A stretch of 64,000 bases of DNA from Escherichia phage PECP20. Below the pieces are notes generated by a model. It did not search any database. It worked only from the letters and a program-made list of their open reading frames with translations, and was not told the origin of the DNA. Where the stretch lies: sequence record OQ873415.1; one strand, written 5' to 3'. A program made the translations under genes and the position numbers. Below are positions 19,136 through 27,870 of this stretch, one piece after another; the stretch's first letter is position 1, and the number at the start of each line of letters is the position of its first letter.

Positions 19136-19461
19136 TTAAACCATTCCTTAATACGTTGCCAAATAGATTTTTGTGCTTGTTTATTTACACCAATCGAACG
19201 AATAACCGGTTGTGACTGCTGATATTCTTTATAATCTTCTTTATAGATTTCGTAAGCTGCATCAACAAATGAACTGATCGCTGCCATGTAGTTTTTACGA
19301 AGGCCAAATGGCGCGTCATTATTTTCACGAATAACCGTATATTGGCCTGCTTTAATCTTTACAATTGTCCCTAAATAAGCCCCGTGGTACCAAATATCCC
19401 ATCCTTCCTGAGTAGGTTCTGCACATTTACGAAGTTCGTTAATAATATTCAGCTTATTCAT
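19132..19461 (-). CDS. hypothetical protein
   Basis: 109-aa ORF immediately downstream of motA. Confidence 0.45.
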   Translation of the reverse strand: MNKLNIINELRKCAEPTQEGWDIWYHGAYLGTIVKIKAGQYTVIRENNDAPFGLRKNYMAAISSFVDAAYEIYKEDYKEYQQSQPVIRSIGVNKQAQKSIWQRIKEWFK

Positions 19462-19471
19462 TATGTATTCC

Positions 19472-20104
19472 TCACAGTACGTTAGTTACAAGGGTAATGA
19501 TTTCTTTGGACACATTAGGGAAGTCAATGTAAGTATATTTACCACCGATTTTAATCTTAACATCATTTTCAAGAGAAGTAAACAGCTTTGATTCAGTTTC
19601 TGACATGTTGTATGCAAAGATTCTAAGAGCGCCATCTCGTCGAATTTCAATTTGGCGAATGCCTAGAACTCGTTTAGCGAATCGAACTTCTAAGTTACTA
19701 CGGTTTTCACCAATTTCTTTAACTTCAACTTTATCTTTAATATTTTCAAAAACAAAGTTCGCTAGTTCATGCATTTCAGGAGTAACTCCACGTGCTTTTC
19801 TGGTGTTACGTTTCTGGAGAAGTTCTGGAGCATTTTCTTGAGCAAATAGGTCTGCAGCTTTTTGGATAATATCCATTGCTTCGCCGGTTGCCACAAGTCC
19901 ATCACCGGATTTTTCGACTAAACCTTTTTTAATCAATACACCAATGTTAGAGTTAACAACCGATGCATTGTATTCCGCTTTCAGAGCTTCACGGACATTG
20001 GCAGCAGTGGTGAAGTTGTTCTTAATGATATAAACCATTATTGCAGCAGTTTTTTCATTCAGAGCGTTTTCAGAAGCTTTGATGATGTAAGTAACTTTAG
20101 ACAT
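19472..20104 (-). CDS. motA: Middle-transcription activator MotA
   Basis: 210 aa (T4 MotA 211 aa); N-terminus MSKVTYIIKAS...; early promoter at 20141-20169. Confidence 0.85.
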   Translation of the reverse strand: MSKVTYIIKASENALNEKTAAIMVYIIKNNFTTAANVREALKAEYNASVVNSNIGVLIKKGLVEKSGDGLVATGEAMDIIQKAADLFAQENAPELLQKRNTRKARGVTPEMHELANFVFENIKDKVEVKEIGENRSNLEVRFAKRVLGIRQIEIRRDGALRIFAYNMSETESKLFTSLENDVKIKIGGKYTYIDFPNVSKEIITLVTNVL

Positions 20105-20140
20105 TTTATTTCTCCAAATTAGTATTTGTTTGATAGGTCT

Positions 20141-20169
20141 ATAATATCATGTTTGAAGCAAAAGTAAAC
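20141..20169 (-). promoter_or_regulatory. Early promoter upstream of motA: -35 GTTTAC, 17-nt spacer, -10 TATTAT
   Basis: Near-duplicate of the 20462-20490 promoter including flanking ttgataggtctataatatcatgtttgaagca. Confidence 0.55.
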
Positions 20170-20206
20170 TTTATTTTGGGCTCTTTTTCAAAAGCCCTGG
20201 TAAAAT

Positions 20207-20422
20207 TTACAAACTCATTTCTTTAATAAGGCTAATAAGTTTTGCCTTTTTAGAACGAAGCTTTTCTAAATGATGTCCATTTGAACCGCGAACCACTAAA
20301 GAATTGATTTCAACTTCTAAGAAATTTAATTCTTCAACAAGTGCTTTACGGAGAGCATTCATACCAGGTTTAACTTTACCGAAACGAGTAGTTGTGTTTT
20401 GGGTTAATTTCATTTTAGACAT
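20207..20422 (-). CDS. hypothetical small basic protein (motA.1 position)
   Basis: 71 aa, Lys/Arg-rich; own early promoter at 20462-20490. Confidence 0.45.
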   Translation of the reverse strand: MSKMKLTQNTTTRFGKVKPGMNALRKALVEELNFLEVEINSLVVRGSNGHHLEKLRSKKAKLISLIKEMSL

Positions 20423-20461
20423 TTTATTTCTCCAATTTGGTTGTTTTGTTTTGATAGGTCT

Positions 20462-20490
20462 ATAATATCATGTTTGAAGCACATGTAAAC
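20462..20490 (-). promoter_or_regulatory. Early (sigma70-type) promoter: -35 GTTTAC, 17-nt spacer, -10 TATTAT
   Basis: Minus strand GTTTACatgtgcttcaaacatgaTATTAT; upstream of ORF 20207-20422. Confidence 0.55.
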
Positions 20491-20517
20491 TGTTTTGTGA
20501 GAAAAAAATGCACAAAA

Positions 20518-20533
20518 GGGAGCTTCGGCTCCC
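20518..20533 (-). terminator. Rho-independent terminator after gene 52
   Basis: Minus strand GGGAGC-CGAA-GCUCCC followed by UUUUGUG. Confidence 0.6.
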
Positions 20534-20609
20534 TAATCATGTTTGTCCAACCAATACAGCCAAATCACTAGTGCAGCTATTGCACCGAGAAATCCTAAGG
20601 CTAGGGCAC

Positions 20610-21935
20610 TCAAAGTGCCTCCAAGTCTTTAGTGTACTCTGACACAACATCAGTAGACTTCCAATACTCATTTTCTTCTTTCTTAGCTTTAGCTTCTTCT
20701 GCTAGTTTACGTGCTTCGTCAGAAGTGATATGGAAGATGTTAAGACCTACCAATTTATCGATATGTTCTTTATACATTTCGATTTGTGCTAGCTCTTCAG
20801 TCAAAGCTTTACGAGTCTTGCCTTGAATCACAATTTCGCCACTGATAACTTTTTTGATGAAGTGTGCCTTAGCAAAAGCCAGTTTAAATGCTTTTTCAGA
20901 TTCAATGATTTTGTTATCAATACGTTTCTGAACGTAAGTCTTACGGACTTCAACAAAATCTTTGATTAAGTCCACTACGTTATCGTAGACCGTTAATTTA
21001 CCCTTTTCATTAATCACTGTGATGTTTTGTGAACGACGTTCGATGAGACTAAAATCTTTCATGATTTTTTCATGACGTAGCTCTTCATCATCAGGAAGCG
21101 AGTACTCTTTACGGAACTTCACCTTAAACCCAAAACCGTGTTCACCACAATCATCTTCCCATGAGATTAGACCTTTGTCTTCCAACGGGTCAAGAACCTT
21201 ACTCACATACGTTTCACGGTCGAATTTATATGGGATTTCAGTTATCTGCATTTGAGTGCGAGATGTGAACTTATATGTTCCGTGAATCTCATAACGCCCA
21301 TCAACTTCATGCACTTCACCGCGGAATTCCGGGAATTCAACTTTTGGTTTAGTGACATTTTTACCTTGAAGAGCTTGTAATACAGCCTTTTTGACCGATT
21401 TAAAACTATGAGGCAGAATATTTGTTGCGTAACCGGTTGCAATACCAGAGACACCGTTCAAAAGAACTGTCGGAATAATAGGAAGATAGAATTTTGGTGG
21501 AACGTGTTCTTTATCTTCATGAGCTGGAGCATATTCGGTATCTTTATAGACATTATAGAAATTTTTGCTTACACGAGCAAAAATATAACGAGATGCTGCA
21601 GCTTTTTGGACTGTTCGAGAACCAAAGTTGCCTTGACCATCTAATAGTGGATAGTTGTTATTCCATGTGTTAGCCATCAATGCACCTGCATCTTGTGCAG
21701 AAGATTCACCATGGTGATAACCTAAATCTGCAACACCGCCTGCAATTGACGCAAGTTTATGAAATTTTTCTTTATTACCACGAGCCAAATCTAATGCACG
21801 ATGAACCACAAAACGTTGAACCGGCTTAAATCCATCAATCATGTTTGGGATTGCACGGTTTTCAACGGTGTACATAGCATATGCTAAGGCTTCGTTATCA
21901 ATAATACTTTTTAGATTACGAGAATTCAATTGCAT
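20610..21935 (-). CDS. 52: DNA topoisomerase II medium subunit gp52
   Basis: 441 aa (T4 gp52 442 aa); GyrA-like N-terminal region with YAMYTVENRAIP... and active-site Tyr context. Confidence 0.9.
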   Translation of the reverse strand: MQLNSRNLKSIIDNEALAYAMYTVENRAIPNMIDGFKPVQRFVVHRALDLARGNKEKFHKLASIAGGVADLGYHHGESSAQDAGALMANTWNNNYPLLDGQGNFGSRTVQKAAASRYIFARVSKNFYNVYKDTEYAPAHEDKEHVPPKFYLPIIPTVLLNGVSGIATGYATNILPHSFKSVKKAVLQALQGKNVTKPKVEFPEFRGEVHEVDGRYEIHGTYKFTSRTQMQITEIPYKFDRETYVSKVLDPLEDKGLISWEDDCGEHGFGFKVKFRKEYSLPDDEELRHEKIMKDFSLIERRSQNITVINEKGKLTVYDNVVDLIKDFVEVRKTYVQKRIDNKIIESEKAFKLAFAKAHFIKKVISGEIVIQGKTRKALTEELAQIEMYKEHIDKLVGLNIFHITSDEARKLAEEAKAKKEENEYWKSTDVVSEYTKDLEAL

Positions 21936-21939
21936 ATTT

Positions 21940-22080
21940 TCACCATATTAATGAACGAATAACCATTATAACATCTGAAATGAAAAGCACTACTTGGATT
22001 AGTCCAAACATCACACCGTAGTACAGAATCGTAAACAACAACAAGAGCCCGAAGGCTCCTGCTAAGATTTTCTTAATCAT
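21940..22080 (-). CDS. small hydrophobic protein (46 aa), T4 ac/stp position
   Basis: Hand-translated: MIKKILAGAFGLLLLFTILYYGVMFGLIQVVLFISDVIMVIRSLIW; ATG overlaps upstream stop (TAATG); below ORF-track size cut-off. Confidence 0.35.
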   Translation of the reverse strand: MIKKILAGAFGLLLLFTILYYGVMFGLIQVVLFISDVIMVIRSLIW

Positions 22081-22226
22081 TACTCGCCTTTTAACACGTT
22101 AAGAAGAGCTAAGACCGCTAAGGTACCTTGTGATACGGCCTGTTGAAATACCGTTGTTTCGCCTGTAACTAAAGTGTTAACGAATAAAAACGACCAACAC
22201 AACAATGCAATAATCCATGATACCAT
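22080..22226 (-). CDS. small hydrophobic protein (48 aa), T4 ac/stp position
   Basis: Hand-translated: MVSWIIALLCWSFLFVNTLVTGETTVFQQAVSQGTLAVLALLNVLKGE; below ORF-track size cut-off. Confidence 0.35.
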   Translation of the reverse strand: MVSWIIALLCWSFLFVNTLVTGETTVFQQAVSQGTLAVLALLNVLKGE

Positions 22227-22278
22227 TTTAATTACCTCACAAATAAATTAAAGGCCTAACTTAATAGGCCTGTATAAA

Positions 22279-22725
22279 TTAGTAACTCTGCAGAATAAAT
22301 TTGAAATTATCTGCCAGAAGACGGTTCATTTCAGTGAGTGTTTGATATTCTGATGTATGGTTGCGAGTGAATGCCAGAGCCAATTGACCTTTACCATAAC
22401 CAGTAGTCAGGGGTTTCATGTTCTTGGCTGAAACAAAGATTACGTCATATTCAATATTATTAGTGCCCATGGTACGGGCTAGTTGCGAACGGCCTTGACG
22501 AATGTGAGAAAGAATTGCATCCAACCCTTGTTTAGAACGTTGACGTCCTACAAAGAATCGTGCTGCTACTTGTCGCCAGTCAGATGAACCTTTAACAAAG
22601 AAGTAAAAACCTTCACGAGAACGAAACTCTTTAGAAACTTCAGAACCGTATTCGCCATTACGAACTACTGCAACAACTTCACCGCCAACTGCCAGAAGGT
22701 CTTTACGAGTTAAATATTTGGACAT
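22279..22725 (-). CDS. ndd: Nucleoid disruption protein Ndd
   Basis: 148 aa; C-terminal half (RQRSKQG...SHIRQ.RSQLART...[38 protein letters not shown]) matches T4 Ndd as recalled. Confidence 0.8.
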   Translation of the reverse strand: MSKYLTRKDLLAVGGEVVAVVRNGEYGSEVSKEFRSREGFYFFVKGSSDWRQVAARFFVGRQRSKQGLDAILSHIRQGRSQLARTMGTNNIEYDVIFVSAKNMKPLTTGYGKGQLALAFTRNHTSEYQTLTEMNRLLADNFKFILQSY

Positions 22726-22801
22726 GCTAATTTCCTCAATTGATTAATGTTTTTGTAATCCATGAGAGCATTATACTCTGCTCTCAAGAGTTTGTACAAT
22801 T

Positions 22802-23017
22802 TTATTCGGCCATATCAGAACGTTCAAAAAGCTCTTCAACAGTTAAACATTCAGTGTCATCCTCGATAAAGAATCGGGTCCAACACGTTGGGGCGATGCA
22901 GTTATGAGTTTGTCCAGCTATAGAAGCTACACGAATAAGCTGCTGTCCATTATTCAGGACAAATTTTTCACCAATTTCAACATCTTTAAAAAGCTTAGCC
23001 ATTTTTGTATTCCTCAT
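22802..23017 (-). CDS. hypothetical protein (ndd.x position)
   Basis: 71-aa ORF with its own early promoter (23032-23061). Confidence 0.45.
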   Translation of the reverse strand: MRNTKMAKLFKDVEIGEKFVLNNGQQLIRVASIAGQTHNCIAPTCWTRFFIEDDTECLTVEELFERSDMAE

Positions 23018-23252
23018 GTTTAAGTAGGACTACTATACCATAATCCTACTGTGTTGTAAACAATTAAATTACATTAAAATATGTTAAAGCCAACCATGTT
23101 CCAGTGAACGAACATGCAATGTAAAAACCGTATCACAAAATGTTCTTAGTACAATAAGAAGTGCATTTTTCATAAGTACCTCAACACAATTGAAAATATT
23201 ATACAAATCATTGGGATACTAAGCAACCATATTCCTATCCACATTTTAGAGC

Positions 23253-23516
23253 TCATATCTCAACTTCCGTGAGTTCCATATATCCTTTGTTGATAACCTC
23301 TTTAAGGTCTTTAGAAAGAATAACACCAAAATGGTCGTTCATATGTCCATTAACTAAACGAGTTATTTCGGCTTCAGATGACATATAAGGCACGTCTGAG
23401 TCCCAATGAGATAGACCTAAATGGGTATAAATCATCCCTTCGTCATCTGCCGTGTTGTACATTGAAACAAATTCGCCTGTTACTTTATGTTTTGCGTAGA
23501 AAAATTTAAATTTCAT
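23253..23516 (-). CDS. hypothetical protein (ndd.x position)
   Basis: 87-aa ORF with its own early promoter (23544-23572). Confidence 0.45.
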   Translation of the reverse strand: MKFKFFYAKHKVTGEFVSMYNTADDEGMIYTHLGLSHWDSDVPYMSSEAEITRLVNGHMNDHFGVILSKDLKEVINKGYMELTEVEI

Positions 23517-23584
23517 GATGTTATCCTCTTTTAGATAGGACTACTGTATCATAGTCCTACTTAGTTGTAAACACTTTTATGAAA

Positions 23585-24142
23585 TTAAAGATGAAGATAC
23601 CACCCGTTGTAGTTGCTCTTGCGGACGATTTTCTTTAGGTCTTCATGGTCTCCCACGAACTTTATAGAATAAGAGAAGACGTCAGGTGAGGTTTCTTTGA
23701 CATTCAATATAATAATACAGTCAGCGACTCGATGATTAAGGAAGGGCCCTATGTTGATTCCGTTGCCACCCGGATAATCACCACTGTATCCTGTGGTAAC
23801 AGAAATCCATTTAGAATCCATCTGATGTGTCTTGACTTCGACACGCAACCCGCAGTATTTAGGATGAGCTAACACGTCCCATGCATACGTATACGGGTCT
23901 TCTACATCTTCAATACCTTTATTAACATATCCGTCTAGCCAATTTGCTACTACATACTCTGCAAAGACTGCAACCTTACAACGTCGAACTACATCTTCTT
24001 TGTTTTGGTCAGGATTTTGGCTCAACGAATATCGAGCAGTGTCAGCAATCTTCACCTTCATTTCACTAGTCAAAAACTCATTCGACAGGATAAATGTCGG
24101 AAGATTCTTCAGCCTCAACAGTCCCAAGTTCGTCTTTACCAT
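23585..24142 (-). CDS. denB: putative endonuclease IV DenB
   Basis: ORF track 23585..24205; internal ATG at 24142 gives 185 aa = T4 DenB length; position between ndd and rIIB; identity by synteny only. Confidence 0.55.
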   Translation of the reverse strand: MVKTNLGLLRLKNLPTFILSNEFLTSEMKVKIADTARYSLSQNPDQNKEDVVRRCKVAVFAEYVVANWLDGYVNKGIEDVEDPYTYAWDVLAHPKYCGLRVEVKTHQMDSKWISVTTGYSGDYPGGNGINIGPFLNHRVADCIIILNVKETSPDVFSYSIKFVGDHEDLKKIVRKSNYNGWYLHL

Positions 24143-24365
24143 AGATACCTCTGATGTGTAGTTCGCCAAAATAAATGCGGTCTCCTTCTTCAAGATATTC
24201 TGCATCTACAGGCGGGATTTCAATAACAACTTCGTCGCATTCTAACCAGCCGTAGTGTGCATCACCAGGATGTTTTACCAATTTAGCACAATAAACTGAT
24301 TTACACTTATGATGACCACGAAGATTAGCAATTTTGGATTCTGATACGTCAAATGGATGAATCAT
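24078..24365 (-). CDS. hypothetical protein (denB.1-like position)
   Basis: 95-aa ORF between rIIB and denB; overlaps denB start. Confidence 0.4.
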   Translation of the reverse strand: MIHPFDVSESKIANLRGHHKCKSVYCAKLVKHPGDAHYGWLECDEVVIEIPPVDAEYLEEGDRIYFGELHIRGIYGKDELGTVEAEESSDIYPVE

Positions 24366-24385
24366 AATTACCCCTAAAGAAAAAA

Positions 24386-24401
24386 GGGGACCGAAGTCCC
24401 C
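24386..24401 (-). terminator. Rho-independent terminator after rIIB
   Basis: Minus strand GGGGAC-UUCG-GUCCCC followed by UUUUUUC. Confidence 0.65.
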
Positions 24402-24406
24402 AATTA

Positions 24407-25342
24407 TTATTCTGCAAATAATTCAGTAACGTCTGAAATTACTTCATAACGACAAGTACGCATCTTAGCATCACCGTAGTCAACCGGGATGGATACAACA
24501 TCACGTGGATGAACTTTAACCTTAACAACTTTATCTGAGCTTGAACCAAAGTGGCGAATATAAGATTTAGCACAAACATGGAGACCGCGAGAACAGGTTT
24601 GAGTATCATCGTCGTTAACTCGAGTACGAGGCATTGAAACAACTTTACCTGGGGAGTTATCAAATGTACCACTATAGCAGTCTAAATAGTCCTTACGAAC
24701 TACTTTCCATGCATAGAAATACCCATCTTCAGTGATTTCAATATCGTTTGCAACCAAGAAGTCGAATAAACGTTGTACAGCTTTTTCGCTTGGGTTTTCT
24801 AACAGGTTTTCAAGGAACGGCAGATAGAATTTAAAGTCTTCGCCTTTTTCCATAGAATCAATAATACGATTAACCAGGCCAGAACGAATCTCTATACCTT
24901 GATAAAATAAACTACCACCTTCAATAACAACATTACCATCAACAAACTTACTAATAGCTTTCTTGATGTTAATAAGTTCGACAGCTTTACTAAGGTTTCC
25001 TGCGACCAGATTAGCTTTAATTTCTTCAAAATTTGCATGACTTGATGGGGTCGCATTGTATGCTACGCGTCCTTCAATAATTGAAATAAATTTAGATGAC
25101 GCGTTCCATACGATTTCTGGACGATGTCCGCCAATAATAGGTTCATCATTTTCTTGGACTTGTTCTTCGTCTTCAAATTCAGCGGCTTTCTCTTCAGCTT
25201 TAAAATTCTTAACAATCTTACGAAGAGTGTCAGTGGAAATATTGAAGTAATCAGCAATTTCCCGACGGGTCCATTTGCCTGATTCAACCAGGCCGTAAGC
25301 TTCTAACTGTTCTTCTTGGGACAAGCATTTGATATTGTACAT
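24407..25342 (-). CDS. rIIB: rIIB protein
   Basis: 311 aa (T4 rIIB 312 aa); immediately downstream of rIIA; terminator hairpin follows at 24386-24401. Confidence 0.85.
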   Translation of the reverse strand: MYNIKCLSQEEQLEAYGLVESGKWTRREIADYFNISTDTLRKIVKNFKAEEKAAEFEDEEQVQENDEPIIGGHRPEIVWNASSKFISIIEGRVAYNATPSSHANFEEIKANLVAGNLSKAVELINIKKAISKFVDGNVVIEGGSLFYQGIEIRSGLVNRIIDSMEKGEDFKFYLPFLENLLENPSEKAVQRLFDFLVANDIEITEDGYFYAWKVVRKDYLDCYSGTFDNSPGKVVSMPRTRVNDDDTQTCSRGLHVCAKSYIRHFGSSSDKVVKVKVHPRDVVSIPVDYGDAKMRTCRYEVISDVTELFAE

Positions 25343-25351
25343 AATGTTTCC

Positions 25352-27565
25352 TTATTTGGCCGCTTCCACGGCCTTCATGAATTTAACGATTTGAGCGACC
25401 TGTTCTTTAGAAAGAGTACCACGTCGTCCCATGTATTCTGACACAATATGATAATTGGTTTCGAATTCAATAACCATTTTATCATCATTATCGTAAGCGT
25501 TATCTTTAAGCTTATCGAAAATTTTAGCACATAGTTCTAACTTTTTATTCAGTTCTCTGTTAGTAGCACCTGAGAATCGATTCCATCCCCAACGATTATT
25601 TACTGTTGAGAGTTTTGCAAAATCTTTACTGATTTCTTTGTTTTTAAAGCTAAAATACTTACTAAGGAAGTTAAGCTCTTCATTACGAGTAATATGATTC
25701 AAATAAGGTTGAGCTCTACGACTTGGTGATACATACTCATCATAATCTACTTTATCGATTAGCATAATATAGTCGTTAATTGATTTTTCAAACAAACACT
25801 CTACTTCACCAAGTTTACGAACTTTCTTAGCAATCTGTTGGCGAACTACAGTGAACTCTTTAATACCTGACAAATCGGCAATACGAGTCAAGAAATTAGA
25901 ATCATAGTTCAACCAACCTTTATCTGCGTCAAGACATTCAGCATTAGAACGATTACGAACTATAGCATAACCTTGGATTTCATCTGCTTCACTTGCCGAA
26001 ATAAAGAGGTCTTCTGATACCCAAACATCGTTTTCATTCTTAAAGAATCGATGAGCACTTGGCGATTTAGGACGAGGCTCATTAGTCCGTTTCCTGACTT
26101 CAATCCATGGCTTAACGATTTGTAAAAGCTCTGAAGTCTTGTACATGTTAATGTTGTCGCCATCAAAGATAACTTTAAGGCGTTCCAGAAGTTTCATTGC
26201 ATCTTCGTCTGTAGGGTCAACGAATAGTACACTTTTACCAAAACCGCGTGGAACTTTACCAGTTAATTTAACCTCGTCTTTAGACATTTCAATTGAATTA
26301 AGAGCTCGCATTAATGGAACGCGTCCCTTAACGTCGTCAATAACAATTTCAACGTTTTTAATGTTAATGCCAATCAAACTGTTAATTGAAATGGTTGTCG
26401 TTGAGCTACCACTTTCACGAATACGACGAAGACGAGGGGATTCAACGATATCGTATACGACGCCAAGATTACACCACTCAGGCCCCATTTTAAAACGTTT
26501 GTACAACTCAGAATAAGTTAGTTGTTCTTTAGAGTATTTCAGTGATTCAATATTGGACCCGGCCTTTTCCATGTATTTACGAGCGGTATAGCCAAGAGAA
26601 TCAATTTCACGGAACACATGGCGTGGGTATTTACAATCAATCCATTTCTTAGAATCTTCAGCGAACAATTTAGCATCGATTTCTGCAACACGTTTATGGA
26701 TATTTGCTACTGTACGTTTATCAAATGACAATGCTTCACGAGACGGGGCTACATCTAGTTCACCCATAGGGAATTTAATATAAGCTGTAGTGCATCGCGT
26801 CATCATCCATGTTTGTTCTTTAATAACACTTCCGATCGGATATACAATACCACCATAAACAGCCATGATATTACCACGTTCACCCCATGGAGCTTCCTTG
26901 GCCAAATATACATCGTCAAATTCCGGGAAGTATTTGATATCTTTAACACCACGAACTTCTGCAATATCACCTAGAGGACGCATAACATATGCAATTTCGG
27001 ATGCAAACTTTTCAAAATCTTCCGGGTTAACCGGTACGACTACTTCTACACCCGTACGGTCATCAGGACCCATCTTATCTACAAAGGTCGGCTTAATTTG
27101 TGGACCCGTGTCATCTTGGTAGATTACGTAACCACGAACTTCACCATTGTGATAAGACGTAAGGTTAAACGTATCGGTATATGCTAGCGGAGCTTTAGAG
27201 CCGAGTCCGAATCCACCGATGAAATCGTTACTCGATGTTTTAGTTGAAGCAAAATATGAGTTATAGATTCCTGGCTCTTCGTCATTACCTCTAATGGTGA
27301 AATCACTCATACCAGGACCAAAGTCTCGAACTACAAAACGTGGGTCTAAACGACCTGGAGCCTGAACAATAAACTTATCAGTGCAACCGTTAAGAATTTG
27401 TCCATCGATACAGTTTGTAATTAATTCACGTACACAAGCCAATTCTTTGTTTGTATAAAGGTCATTAGACAAAATCTTATAAACTTTGCTATTGCCTTGA
27501 ATAGTGAATGCTGTGCTCTTACCGCCTGAACCAATAATCGTTTCTTTAGCCGTTTCAATAATCAT
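25352..27565 (-). CDS. rIIA: rIIA protein
   Basis: 737 aa; N-terminus MIIETAKETIIGSGGKSTAFTIQGN and GHKL-ATPase-like region as in T4 rIIA. Confidence 0.9.
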   Translation of the reverse strand: MIIETAKETIIGSGGKSTAFTIQGNSKVYKILSNDLYTNKELACVRELITNCIDGQILNGCTDKFIVQAPGRLDPRFVVRDFGPGMSDFTIRGNDEEPGIYNSYFASTKTSSNDFIGGFGLGSKAPLAYTDTFNLTSYHNGEVRGYVIYQDDTGPQIKPTFVDKMGPDDRTGVEVVVPVNPEDFEKFASEIAYVMRPLGDIAEVRGVKDIKYFPEFDDVYLAKEAPWGERGNIMAVYGGIVYPIGSVIKEQTWMMTRCTTAYIKFPMGELDVAPSREALSFDKRTVANIHKRVAEIDAKLFAEDSKKWIDCKYPRHVFREIDSLGYTARKYMEKAGSNIESLKYSKEQLTYSELYKRFKMGPEWCNLGVVYDIVESPRLRRIRESGSSTTTISINSLIGINIKNVEIVIDDVKGRVPLMRALNSIEMSKDEVKLTGKVPRGFGKSVLFVDPTDEDAMKLLERLKVIFDGDNINMYKTSELLQIVKPWIEVRKRTNEPRPKSPSAHRFFKNENDVWVSEDLFISASEADEIQGYAIVRNRSNAECLDADKGWLNYDSNFLTRIADLSGIKEFTVVRQQIAKKVRKLGEVECLFEKSINDYIMLIDKVDYDEYVSPSRRAQPYLNHITRNEELNFLSKYFSFKNKEISKDFAKLSTVNNRWGWNRFSGATNRELNKKLELCAKIFDKLKDNAYDNDDKMVIEFETNYHIVSEYMGRRGTLSKEQVAQIVKFMKAVEAAK

Positions 27566-27577
27566 ATTTTTCTCTCA

Positions 27578-27778
27578 TCACAAGTTACGTTTAAAAATTT
27601 CTGCTACTTCAAGAAGTTCTTCTTTAGTAGCTGTATCGGTTTGTATTTTATATCGAATTTCTTTAAAGCGTTCTTTAAAGGACTCTGCTGATTCGATATC
27701 AAAAAATCTTTGGATAAGCCGGAATTCCCGGAGCACTGCTTTATCAAAAAGTTCCAAGTCCACGTTATACGTTCTCAT
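27578..27778 (-). CDS. rIIA.1-like small protein
   Basis: 66 aa, position immediately upstream of rIIA. Confidence 0.55.
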   Translation of the reverse strand: MRTYNVDLELFDKAVLREFRLIQRFFDIESAESFKERFKEIRYKIQTDTATKEELLEVAEIFKRNL

Positions 27779-27870
27779 AATATTCTCTTCAGTAGATTCC
27801 TAGGGCACTATTACTAAAGACCATATAATCTATCATCTTATGTGTAATAGTGCCTCAGGCGATTCAGGAT

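Noticed and set aside
22046-22059. Hairpin GAGCC-CGAA-GGCTC as a terminator
   Set aside because: Lies inside the coding frame of the 46-codon hydrophobic ORF and lacks a U-tract on the minus strand.
22271-22282. Plus-strand TATAAAT-like sequence (tgtataaatta) between ndd and the small hydrophobic ORFs
   Set aside because: No plus-strand gene downstream; probably chance occurrence in AT-rich DNA.
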